Shown: positions 37,580 to 45,871 of the stretch, piece by piece | Layout of the letters: each line of letters opens with the position of its first letter | How positions within the stretch are numbered: position 1 is the stretch's first letter | Source: Chitinophagaceae bacterium | Lineage (GTDB): Bacteria > Bacteroidota > Bacteroidia > Chitinophagales > Chitinophagaceae | NCBI GenBank assembly: GCA_041916555.1 | Contig: JAYRZH010000002.1 | Location: 4,612-68,611, forward strand | Direction of reading: 5' to 3' | DNA length: 64,000 nucleotides | The notes under the pieces: generated by a model | Databases searched by the model: none | What the model saw: only the letters and a program-made list of their open reading frames with translations | What the model was told of the DNA's origin: nothing | Program-made: the position numbers and the translations under genes

Positions 37580-38122
37580 TCAGGCGAGCGATCGTTGGTA
37601 TCGTTTGTTCCACCATTCCTCTACCCGGGGCAAGGCTAAACGGAACCAGGGGGTAAAGGATTCGGGGGCCTTCCTCACAAGCTCCCCGATCTTATACAAA
37701 TGTAAATACTGATAAGCGCCTACCTCTTCCGGATCCACTTGTACCGGCCCGTCATATTCTCCGGCAAATACATGGTCAAATTCATGTTCGGTAAGCCCGT
37801 TATCAAATGGCGCCTGGTAAATAAAATGAAAGATCTCGTCCAGGCTGGTATCAAACCCCATCTCTTCCCGAAGACGTCGGTGCGCCGCTTGTTCGGTTTC
37901 CTCACCCGGGCGTGGATGGCTGCAACAGGTATTGGTCCACAACCCCCCGCAATGATACTTACCATCGGCGCGGCGATGAATCAAAATCTGGCCTTCCTTA
38001 TCACCAACAAATACTGAAAAGGCCCGGTGAAGCCAGCCCTTTTCATGCACCAATTGCTTGGTGGATGTACCAATCGGTTCATCCTGCTCGTTCACCAAAA
38101 TAATATCATTATCTACATCCAT
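37580..38122 (-). CDS. idi: Isopentenyl-diphosphate delta-isomerase, type 1 (Nudix)
   Basis: 'WTNTCCSHPRPGE' and 'EHEFDHVF' motifs. Confidence 0.85.
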   Translation of the reverse strand: MDVDNDIILVNEQDEPIGTSTKQLVHEKGWLHRAFSVFVGDKEGQILIHRRADGKYHCGGLWTNTCCSHPRPGEETEQAAHRRLREEMGFDTSLDEIFHFIYQAPFDNGLTEHEFDHVFAGEYDGPVQVDPEEVGAYQYLHLYKIGELVRKAPESFTPWFRLALPRVEEWWNKRYQRSLA

Positions 38123-38123
38123 G

Positions 38124-38960
38124 TCAGATCAATCCCATTTGATTCTTCAACCCGGCCCTCAACACGATCATCATTTTCATGTAATTCGGTATGCGTATCC
38201 TTGATTCAAGGATATGCGAGGGGCAGGTTTTGCAGATCTTGCGGAAAAGGGAAAGATAGTACTTGTAGGCGACATAGACCCCAAAACGGGACTTGATGGG
38301 GAGTTTGAGGATCCCGGCATAAGCATCACGGAAATCCTGGTGTATATCCTCTTCGATCTGGCGTTTTTCAGCCTGTGTGAAATTATTGAAATCACATCCC
38401 GGAAAATAAACCCTGGACAGACCATTATAATCCGCTTTCACATCCCGGAGAAAATTCACTTTCTGAAAGGCCGCTCCCAATGAACGGGCCGGGGCTTCCA
38501 GTTTCTTGTACAATTCCTTGTTCCCCTCACAAAATACATACAGGCACATCAGTCCAACCACTTCCGCAGATCCATAAATATATTCCTGGTACCCGGCCTC
38601 ATTGTATGAAGTATTCGTAAGGTCCATCTCCATGCTATGAAAAAAAGCATCGATCAGACCGTGGTCGATATTATACTCATTTACGGTCTTCTGGAAACTT
38701 TGGAGAATGGGGTTCAGGCTGATCCCCTTTTCGATGGCCTCATAGGTATCCTTCTTGAACTGGGCCAATAAAGACTCCTTGTCATAATCATGAAAAGTGT
38801 CCACGATCTCATCGGCAAATCGCACAAACCCATAAATATTGTAAATGGGTTTACGCATATCATGGTGCAACAGGCGGATGGCACTTGAAAAGGAAGTGCT
38901 GTACTCCTGCGTGGTGATCCGGCTGCACTGCTCGCTGACGGTGGTAAACAGACTGATCAT
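38124..38960 (-). CDS. crtB: Phytoene synthase
   Basis: 'YGFVRFADEIVD' and 'NFLRDVKADY' (squalene/phytoene synthase signatures). Confidence 0.85.
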   Translation of the reverse strand: MISLFTTVSEQCSRITTQEYSTSFSSAIRLLHHDMRKPIYNIYGFVRFADEIVDTFHDYDKESLLAQFKKDTYEAIEKGISLNPILQSFQKTVNEYNIDHGLIDAFFHSMEMDLTNTSYNEAGYQEYIYGSAEVVGLMCLYVFCEGNKELYKKLEAPARSLGAAFQKVNFLRDVKADYNGLSRVYFPGCDFNNFTQAEKRQIEEDIHQDFRDAYAGILKLPIKSRFGVYVAYKYYLSLFRKICKTCPSHILESRIRIPNYMKMMIVLRAGLKNQMGLI

Positions 38961-39019
38961 AGTTATTTGAATATAAGCTAAATTTTGGTTGGTTGAACCG
39001 CTGTTTTGTTTTTCAATCG

Positions 39020-40492
39020 TTAACGCCCATAATGCTTAAACACTTCCTTTGCTACCACCTCCCCACTGATTAAACTTGGTGGCACACCTGGCCCCGGAAC
39101 CGTCAACTGCCCTGTAAAAAACAGGTTTGATACCTTCTTACTTCTGCAGGCAGGTTTAAAAACAGCCGTCTGCCACAAAGTGTTCGCCAAACCATAGGCA
39201 TTTCCACGAAAGGAATGATAATCATTTACAAAATCGCTTACGGAATAGGTTTTCTTATAGACTACGGAATCAGCGATGGATTCGCCCAGGTGGTTCTCCA
39301 TCCGCTTTACAATCAGGTTAAAATAATGCTCCCGTGTCGCTTCATCATCTTTCTCCAATCCGGAAGCCACCGGAATTAAAAAAACCAGGTTCTCCATGCC
39401 ATCCGGCGCTACGGTATTGTCGGTCACTGAATTTACACTTACATAAAACAGAGGTTCTTTGGGCCAACGCGGATCCTTGTAGATTTCCGCAGCATGCTGA
39501 TCAAAAGGCACATCAAAGAAAAGCGCGTGATGCCTGGCATTCTTTAATCGCTTATTAAGCCCAACATAATACAGGAGACAGGAAGGGGCCATCACCCGCT
39601 TATCCCAATAGGCAGGCGTATAGGTACGCCACTGTTCTTCCAGTAAATGGGTTTCGGTAAAATGATAATCCGCCCCGGACACGATCACTTCGGCTTCATA
39701 TTCCCCAATACTTGTTACCAGCTTTCGCGCCTTACCTCCTTCCACTACAATTTTCGCTGCCGGCTCATTAAAATGAAATTTGACTCCAAGTTCTTCAGCC
39801 AGTTTATACATGGCATCCACCACCGCATACATGCCCCCCTGCGGGTACCAGGTTCCCCCTTTGATATCCGCATAGTTCATCAGGCTGTATAATGCCGGTG
39901 TATTTTCCGGCAAGGCCCCCAGGAACAACACGGGAAACTCCATTAACTGCCGCAAGCGGGGATCTTTGAAATGTTTTTGTATATGCTTCTGAATGGAGTT
40001 GAATACATCCAACCGGAATATGCCTTTCACAATGTCCCAGTCAAGAAACTCCGTGAGCGAACGACCCGGCTTATGAACAAGCTTATTGATACCCACTTCA
40101 TACTTGAACGCCGCTTCGCGCATGTACTTGTCCAGTTTCTCCGCGCTGCCGGGTTCCAGGGATTCAAACAACTTCCTGAATTCATCGTAATTCGCCGGTA
40201 CATCCGTAAAGCCATCCTGCCAGTAAACACGATAGGATGGATCAAGCCGCGTAAGGGAATAATAATCGTTGGTTTTCTTTCCAAATGCGGCAAAATAGCG
40301 CTCAAATACCTCGGGCATCCAGTACCAACTGGGGCCCATATCATAGGTAAATCCGTTTTCTTTCCACTGGCGGGCACGGCCACCCGGACTGCTGTTCTTC
40401 TCAAAGAGATGAACCTCCCACCCGGCCTTGGCCAGAAAAGAGGCAACAGATAAGCCGGCAAACCCGCTTCCGATGACTAGGGCTTTCTTCAA
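39020..40492 (-). CDS. crtI: Phytoene desaturase
   Basis: 'KALVIGSGFAGLSVASFLAKAG' FAD motif, a 490-aa length, and a C-terminal 'FTGQLTVPGPGVP'. Confidence 0.9.
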   Translation of the reverse strand: MKKALVIGSGFAGLSVASFLAKAGWEVHLFEKNSSPGGRARQWKENGFTYDMGPSWYWMPEVFERYFAAFGKKTNDYYSLTRLDPSYRVYWQDGFTDVPANYDEFRKLFESLEPGSAEKLDKYMREAAFKYEVGINKLVHKPGRSLTEFLDWDIVKGIFRLDVFNSIQKHIQKHFKDPRLRQLMEFPVLFLGALPENTPALYSLMNYADIKGGTWYPQGGMYAVVDAMYKLAEELGVKFHFNEPAAKIVVEGGKARKLVTSIGEYEAEVIVSGADYHFTETHLLEEQWRTYTPAYWDKRVMAPSCLLYYVGLNKRLKNARHHALFFDVPFDQHAAEIYKDPRWPKEPLFYVSVNSVTDNTVAPDGMENLVFLIPVASGLEKDDEATREHYFNLIVKRMENHLGESIADSVVYKKTYSVSDFVNDYHSFRGNAYGLANTLWQTAVFKPACRSKKVSNLFFTGQLTVPGPGVPPSLISGEVVAKEVFKHYGR

Positions 40493-40512
40493 ATCCTGTA
40501 TTGCTTAATTGA

Positions 40513-41013
40513 TTAGTACCTGCTGATTTGCTCTTTCAGCAATTTACGGGCAAAATGTATCCGGCTCTTAATGGTGCCCAAGGGCTCATTCAGCGCCTCG
40601 GCAATCTCGTGATACTTGTACCCGTCAAAATAAAGAAGAAAAGGAGTACGGAATATTTGTGGTAATTCATGTATCGCCTTTTGAATATTCTTCATGTTCA
40701 ACTCGCTCTCCGCCCCATTGGCAACCATGGTTTGGCGGTTATTCAACAAATACTCATTGGGCGACTTATCAAAAATAGTGTTCTGCTTCGCCTTTCTGCG
40801 GTAATTATTGATGAAGATGTTCCGCATGATGGTAAATAACCAGGCCTTGATATTCGTCCCCACATTGTACTTCTCCTGGTTTGCCAGGGCCTTGTACAAG
40901 GTCTCCTGATAAAGGTCACGCGCCTCCTCATTATCGCGGGTAAGGTTGACCGCAAATGGTTTGAGGAACTCGGCATTCTCCACAAGTAATTGGTTGAACT
41001 CCACGGTTGACAT
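40513..41013 (-). CDS. ECF-type RNA polymerase sigma-70 family factor
   Basis: Region 2 'DLYQETLYKALANQEKY...WLFTIMRNIFINNYRR' and region 4 'YHEIAEALNEPLGTIKSRIHFARKLL'. Confidence 0.85.
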   Translation of the reverse strand: MSTVEFNQLLVENAEFLKPFAVNLTRDNEEARDLYQETLYKALANQEKYNVGTNIKAWLFTIMRNIFINNYRRKAKQNTIFDKSPNEYLLNNRQTMVANGAESELNMKNIQKAIHELPQIFRTPFLLYFDGYKYHEIAEALNEPLGTIKSRIHFARKLLKEQISRY

Positions 41014-41043
41014 AGTTATCTTGTTTAAATATTACGAGTGTGA

Positions 41044-41175
41044 AGTTAAACAATAATCGATGTTTAAACAAAAAAACTGTTGAATTTTTCTTTAACAAAA
41101 CTTAAACAAATATCTGCTTGATAATTAGGAATTTAGGATGCGTGGGTGGGATTTTGACCGGGAAGATTAAACAAA
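41044..41175. promoter_or_regulatory. AT-rich promoter region with a five-fold repeated TTAA(A)CAA motif (candidate operator)
   Basis: TTAAACAA occurs at 41045, 41063, 41101 and 41166, and the variant TTAACAAA at 41091. TTAAACAAAT is exact at 41101-41110 and 41166-41175. Confidence 0.35.
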
Positions 41176-42054
41176 TCAGAGGGTATGCAGGAATTCCATA
41201 ACCTCGGAGAGGGAGTACTTGAACTGGATGTTTGCCGGGGTTTCTTTTTTGCAGAGGGAGGTTACCGGACCTGAAACAATTACTGATTGGTGACCCAATT
41301 GTGTTTTCAGGAAATGAAGGAATTTATCTAACTGGAAGGGTCTTGAAGGGGAAGTCAAATGAATATAGACGTGATCGGGTTTCTTTAGCCTTACCACATA
41401 CTCAAGGTCTTTCATGGGTAGATCGGCTCCGAGGTAAACGACACGGGCACCCCTGCTCTTTAATAAATAATAAACGTAAAGCAGGGAAAGTTCATGATGT
41501 TCTCCTTCGGGAAGGCAAAGGATAAAGGATTTATCAATCGACACCAGGGGTTTGGCGCTTTCAATGCCACGGATCAGTTTTTGGCGAACGATATTGGTAA
41601 CAATATGTTCCTGTGCCGGGATGATATGACCGGTTTGCCAGAGGATCCCGATCCTTTCCAGAAAGGGGAAAATAATCCGGGTGATGCTTCGCTCGATACC
41701 ATTTCGTCCTATATAACTGTCCAGCGCCGCCTCAAACCCATCAATATCCAGTTCCACCATGGTGTGGATCAGTTCATTGATCACCCTTTCCTGTTGCGCC
41801 TCGGCTTGGTTCAGGGTCAGAATTTTTTCGCGGATCTCTTCCGCGCCCATCTTGTTGATATGGGAAATCTTATAGCCAAACTTATTAAGCAGGGAAATAT
41901 TCAAAACGATCCTCAGCTCCTCATTGGAGTAATAACGGATATTGGTTTCCGTCCGTTGAGGCTTGAGAAAACCATAGCGCTGTTCCCATATACGAATGGT
42001 GTGGGCCTTTATACCCGACAGGTTTTCAACATCTTTGATTGTAAAACCGCTCAT
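41176..42054 (-). CDS. MerR-family regulator with a C-terminal cobalamin-binding-like domain (CarH/LitR-like)
   Basis: MerR helix-turn-helix 'FTIKDVENLSGIKAHTIRIWEQRYG'. The C-terminal 'LPEGEHHELSLLYVYYLLKSRGARVVYLGADLP' resembles the (D/E)xHxxG B12-binding signature, with Ser in place of Gly. Confidence 0.7.
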   Translation of the reverse strand: MSGFTIKDVENLSGIKAHTIRIWEQRYGFLKPQRTETNIRYYSNEELRIVLNISLLNKFGYKISHINKMGAEEIREKILTLNQAEAQQERVINELIHTMVELDIDGFEAALDSYIGRNGIERSITRIIFPFLERIGILWQTGHIIPAQEHIVTNIVRQKLIRGIESAKPLVSIDKSFILCLPEGEHHELSLLYVYYLLKSRGARVVYLGADLPMKDLEYVVRLKKPDHVYIHLTSPSRPFQLDKFLHFLKTQLGHQSVIVSGPVTSLCKKETPANIQFKYSLSEVMEFLHTL

Positions 42055-42114
42055 ACGACTGATATTACAACCGGAGAGGGGAAAAGGTTTTGGAAAATAG
42101 AAAAAAGTTGGGGG

Positions 42115-42849
42115 CTACAACCCGTTATTCAGCAGCCTCCCTCTTTCCACCAGTCTGGCCAGTGGGCCTGAAATGGCACTGTGAGAGAGGGCTTCCAGGT
42201 GCCGGAAACTGTGCAGATCAGTTCCTGCCAGGTCGTAATAGTCATTTTTTATGAAGTACTGGGCCAGGTTTTGGCTTGACTTGCCATAGAACCCGGCAAG
42301 GGAATTGATGTTAAGCTGAAACAGATATCCCGCCGCTTTTAGTTCCACAAAAAACTCTTTATTCCGCTCATGATATACATAGCGTTCGGGATGCGCGATT
42401 ACAGGTTGGTATCCCTGCAATTGCAGGTCAAACAGTAATTCCTTCAGATCAAGCGGCGGACTGGCCATGGAAAACTCTACCAGTACCATATTTCCTGAGA
42501 TGGTCAACAGGGGCTCTTTGTTTTCCAGCAGTGATTTAAAATGCCCGTCCAGAAAATACTCCGCGGCGGCGTGTATCTCCACCTCGATTCCTTCCTCTTC
42601 TACTTTCTGTTTTAGTTCCTGCACCCGGCGGTTGATATCTCCGGCTGTGTTGGGATACATTTCCCACATGATGTGTGGGGTGGTGATGAGTTTTTTAAAA
42701 CCCAGGGCCACCATTCCTTTGATAAGGGCCAGGGATGTTTCCATATCCGGCGCCCCATCATCCACACCCGGTATCAGGTGCGAGTGCATGTCAGTATGTA
42801 ACCCGGCATATACCGGTGAACTGTTTTTAGACTTAAAAAAGGAAAACAT
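42115..42849 (-). CDS. CpsB/CapC-type PHP-family protein-tyrosine phosphatase
   Basis: 'HTDMHSHLIPGVDDGA' and 'TPHIM' motifs. Confidence 0.8.
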   Translation of the reverse strand: MFSFFKSKNSSPVYAGLHTDMHSHLIPGVDDGAPDMETSLALIKGMVALGFKKLITTPHIMWEMYPNTAGDINRRVQELKQKVEEEGIEVEIHAAAEYFLDGHFKSLLENKEPLLTISGNMVLVEFSMASPPLDLKELLFDLQLQGYQPVIAHPERYVYHERNKEFFVELKAAGYLFQLNINSLAGFYGKSSQNLAQYFIKNDYYDLAGTDLHSFRHLEALSHSAISGPLARLVERGRLLNNGL

Positions 42850-42897
42850 GTTGCTTTATAACTTTAACCAAATCCCCGCAGGTTTCTCAAAGATACT

Positions 42898-44106
42898 TCA
42901 TCCTCTCCCCTTCCTTCGCAATAACTCGCCATATAAACCTTCCATATCTTTCACCAACCGCTTGTATCCATATTTGTTTAATACAAAATCCCTTCCCGCA
43001 TCACTCATAGCCCTTCGTATGGAATCGGATTCTACCATATTAAGTAATTGATTGGAGAAACCATCCTCGTTACCCAGGTCTGCCAGTAAGGCCGTTTGAC
43101 CCTCCAGCACCACATCCGCGATTCCCCCTACACGGGTGGAAACAATGGGTCTTCCTGCTGCCTGGGCCTCGATCAGGCTTACCGGCGTACCTTCATTGAG
43201 GGAGGTTAAACAAATTATATCCAGCCCGGCGCAAACCACATCCACATCCATCCGCCAGGAAGTAAAAACCAGTGGGGCCTCGGTATTCTTTTCTCCCGGG
43301 GCGGCAAAGGCTATTCCGGCTTCCTTTGCCTGGGTCATGATGCCTTCCCTGCTTTCACCATCGCCAATGATAAAGGCTTTTACTTTCTTATTGGTATGGG
43401 TCAGCACCTTTTTGAGGGCTTTTACAAACAACCCGTGATTTTTAATTGGCACCAGTCGTCCAATGATCCCGATCGCAATGGTATCATCGGATAATTGAAA
43501 TTCATCCCTGAATCTTTGTCTTTTCTGGTCCTGTGCTTCCACAAAGGGATCCAGGTCAAGTCCCAGGGGAATGATATGGAATTTATTGGCGGGGGCGATC
43601 CGGAATTCATCCGCCAGTTCATGTCTTTGTTTTTCGCTTATCGCCACAATCCCGTCGGTAAACCTGGCCAGATAGCGTTCGGCGCGGATAAAGAAATTTG
43701 TCTTCAGGGGATGGAAATAAGAATGAAATACATGGCCGTGAAAGGTATGCACGATCACCGGCACCCCGCAATTACGGGCGGCGAGTCGCCCCAGGGCGCC
43801 CGATTTGGCGGCATGGGTATGTACGATGTCGGGTTTAAACTCTTTAATGATCTTCTTTAATTTCTGGTAGGCTTTCCAGTCATCATTGAAGGAGATCGCC
43901 CGTTTCATTTCCGTTACGCAAAGCGGCGTTATCCCATGATGCAGTGCCAGTTCATCCGCGTCTTGTTCATGGTCATCTTTATCACCGGTCACAAGCAGGG
44001 TTTCATAGTCGGAAGACATGTAGCGGGTCAGGTAAACTGCATTCTTGGATGGTCCTCCAACGATCAGGCGGTTGAGAATACGAAGTACACGTGGCATATC
44101 AAACAA
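42898..44106 (-). CDS. Glycosyltransferase family 4
   Basis: GT-B fold with 'NEGTPVSLIEAQAAGRPIVSTRVGGIADVV' (the EX7E region). Confidence 0.8.
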   Translation of the reverse strand: MFDMPRVLRILNRLIVGGPSKNAVYLTRYMSSDYETLLVTGDKDDHEQDADELALHHGITPLCVTEMKRAISFNDDWKAYQKLKKIIKEFKPDIVHTHAAKSGALGRLAARNCGVPVIVHTFHGHVFHSYFHPLKTNFFIRAERYLARFTDGIVAISEKQRHELADEFRIAPANKFHIIPLGLDLDPFVEAQDQKRQRFRDEFQLSDDTIAIGIIGRLVPIKNHGLFVKALKKVLTHTNKKVKAFIIGDGESREGIMTQAKEAGIAFAAPGEKNTEAPLVFTSWRMDVDVVCAGLDIICLTSLNEGTPVSLIEAQAAGRPIVSTRVGGIADVVLEGQTALLADLGNEDGFSNQLLNMVESDSIRRAMSDAGRDFVLNKYGYKRLVKDMEGLYGELLRRKGRG

Positions 44107-44932
44107 AACAGGCTATAGATTCAACAAGAAAAAACATACTCAGGGTTCGTTTACGGTTCTTCATCCACTCCCAAATAGTGGGGTGGTAATGCAAGGGTAA
44201 ATTTTCACATACAGGTTGCCTGGGTTCAATCTTCTCGCCGCTTAAAATCTTTCTAACCACTTCCAACAGAACCGGCAAGGCTATAGCATGTTGCAGGATG
44301 GGATAGGTGGCAAAATTATCTTCCGGTGAGGGTTGAATAAAAATCTGTTCCAGGATTCCCCCGGTATCCACGCCCTTGTCAACCAGGTGAATGGTAGTGC
44401 CAAACAACTCAGGTTTGCCGGAAGCCAAGGCCCAATATCCCCCATGAACCCCGCGAAAAGCCGGTGTGATGCCATCGTGGATATTGATAAACGGAGCGTT
44501 GATGGATTGCAGTGTTTTATCACAAATGATCCTTGTGCCGTTTACAATCACCAGGTCGGGGTTCAACCGGCGAAGCCAATCACGGCACTGTTCAGAATTG
44601 ACAGATTCAAGGTTAATGATCTTCTCGCCGGCGGGTTTCCGGATATCAATATTGTACTTTTTGTATAGTTCGTTTTTTCTCTTGCCTGATAGCAGATTGA
44701 TAAGAGGGGATATAACTGAAATAAAGAAGACCTGGCCAATTGCCTTCATCCAGCCAATCCGTTTGGCCCGGTTGTTCACCAAGGTCCATCGGGAAATAGG
44801 TTGCTCAATCAATACCGACGAAATGGGAATATGGGGTTCCATATAATTCAAAATCATCCAGGTGGAATCCGTATCCCTGGCCAGCAGTATGACGTTTGAT
44901 TTATCCAAGGTTGGTTCGTTCATAGATCTCAT
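44099..44932 (-). CDS. Formyltransferase-domain protein
   Basis: 'DLVIVNGTRII...PFINIHDGITPAFRGVHG' resembles the N-terminal catalytic domain of Fmt/ArnA-type formyltransferases. Confidence 0.6.
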   Translation of the reverse strand: MRSMNEPTLDKSNVILLARDTDSTWMILNYMEPHIPISSVLIEQPISRWTLVNNRAKRIGWMKAIGQVFFISVISPLINLLSGKRKNELYKKYNIDIRKPAGEKIINLESVNSEQCRDWLRRLNPDLVIVNGTRIICDKTLQSINAPFINIHDGITPAFRGVHGGYWALASGKPELFGTTIHLVDKGVDTGGILEQIFIQPSPEDNFATYPILQHAIALPVLLEVVRKILSGEKIEPRQPVCENLPLHYHPTIWEWMKNRKRTLSMFFLVESIACFV

Positions 44933-45863
44933 TTAAGTTCAGTGATTCCATCTGCCCCTTTTCTCTGGCCGCCTCATATTCCATCAATATGCGTTCCAAA
45001 AATTGCAGGTTCTCCTTTGTATGACTGCCAAAATTATGCGGATGCCACCAGAGGTGGTATATCTTCCCCGTATCCGCCGCTTCCCATAAGCTCTTTCGGA
45101 TACGATTAAATCTTAATGAGTCAAGTACGGATAACCGGGATGACCAGGGCCTCAGAAAACGGCTTGCCGGCACATTGATGATCGGCGCGGGCTTGGGCCA
45201 TTCATGAATATGGTGACCCGTGAGGTTCACATAAGCATCGGCTAATCGAATAGCCCGCCGCATTGGGTTTTCCTCTTCCCTTGACAAGGGCCGGTAAATA
45301 GCGGAATCTTCATTACCGCGAAAGACCTTAATCCCCAATTCTTCACAAATGGAAATATGTACCGGGCCATATTGGTTACGCGGGAAAATGATGCTTCGAA
45401 CCGGAATGCCTTTTTCATGGGCCACTTCAATGGCGGCTACCAGATCGGCCCGAAACTGTTCGGGGGTGGTATCTTTTTCGAGTGTATAGAAATGGCAATA
45501 GGTATGGGTGCCCAACTCCTGACCAGGGGTTTCCCGGATCAGTTGGATCAGCCCTGGTGCAAAATGATATTTTTCTTCCAGCGGGTTTTCCTCGATGTAT
45601 GAATAGGGATCATATTCCTTTCGCACGTAATCAGGTAAAACCGCTGGCCATTTTGCCAACAGTTCATCTTTATTGGCGTGAAACAGAAAACCAACGGTCG
45701 CCCAGGTACAATGAACCTCATACCGTTTGAACAGGTCAAGCAGGGCTGGCACCACCTCGTGAACATGGGCAATGTTCTGCCCATAATTACCAATGGTTCG
45801 GTGGTCCCTGACCCCCCAGAACAATTCAAAATCCAGCGATATTGTGAATACACCCTTTCGCAT
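44901..45863 (-). CDS. Polysaccharide deacetylase-family protein
   Basis: 'VFTISLDFELFWG' and 'GTHTYCHF' histidine motifs. Assigned by resemblance. Confidence 0.55.
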   Translation of the reverse strand: MRKGVFTISLDFELFWGVRDHRTIGNYGQNIAHVHEVVPALLDLFKRYEVHCTWATVGFLFHANKDELLAKWPAVLPDYVRKEYDPYSYIEENPLEEKYHFAPGLIQLIRETPGQELGTHTYCHFYTLEKDTTPEQFRADLVAAIEVAHEKGIPVRSIIFPRNQYGPVHISICEELGIKVFRGNEDSAIYRPLSREEENPMRRAIRLADAYVNLTGHHIHEWPKPAPIINVPASRFLRPWSSRLSVLDSLRFNRIRKSLWEAADTGKIYHLWWHPHNFGSHTKENLQFLERILMEYEAAREKGQMESLNLNEIYERTNLG

Positions 45864-45871
45864 TTGCTTTT

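Noticed and set aside
42115-42849. The CpsB-type tyrosine phosphatase, considered as part of the carotenoid/light regulon because it sits 60 nt downstream of the MerR/B12 gene.
   Set aside because: The family is firmly tied to capsule/EPS tyrosine-kinase circuits, and it is followed by glycan genes. I treat it as the last gene of the polysaccharide locus. No cognate BY-kinase or Wza/Wzc gene is in the window.
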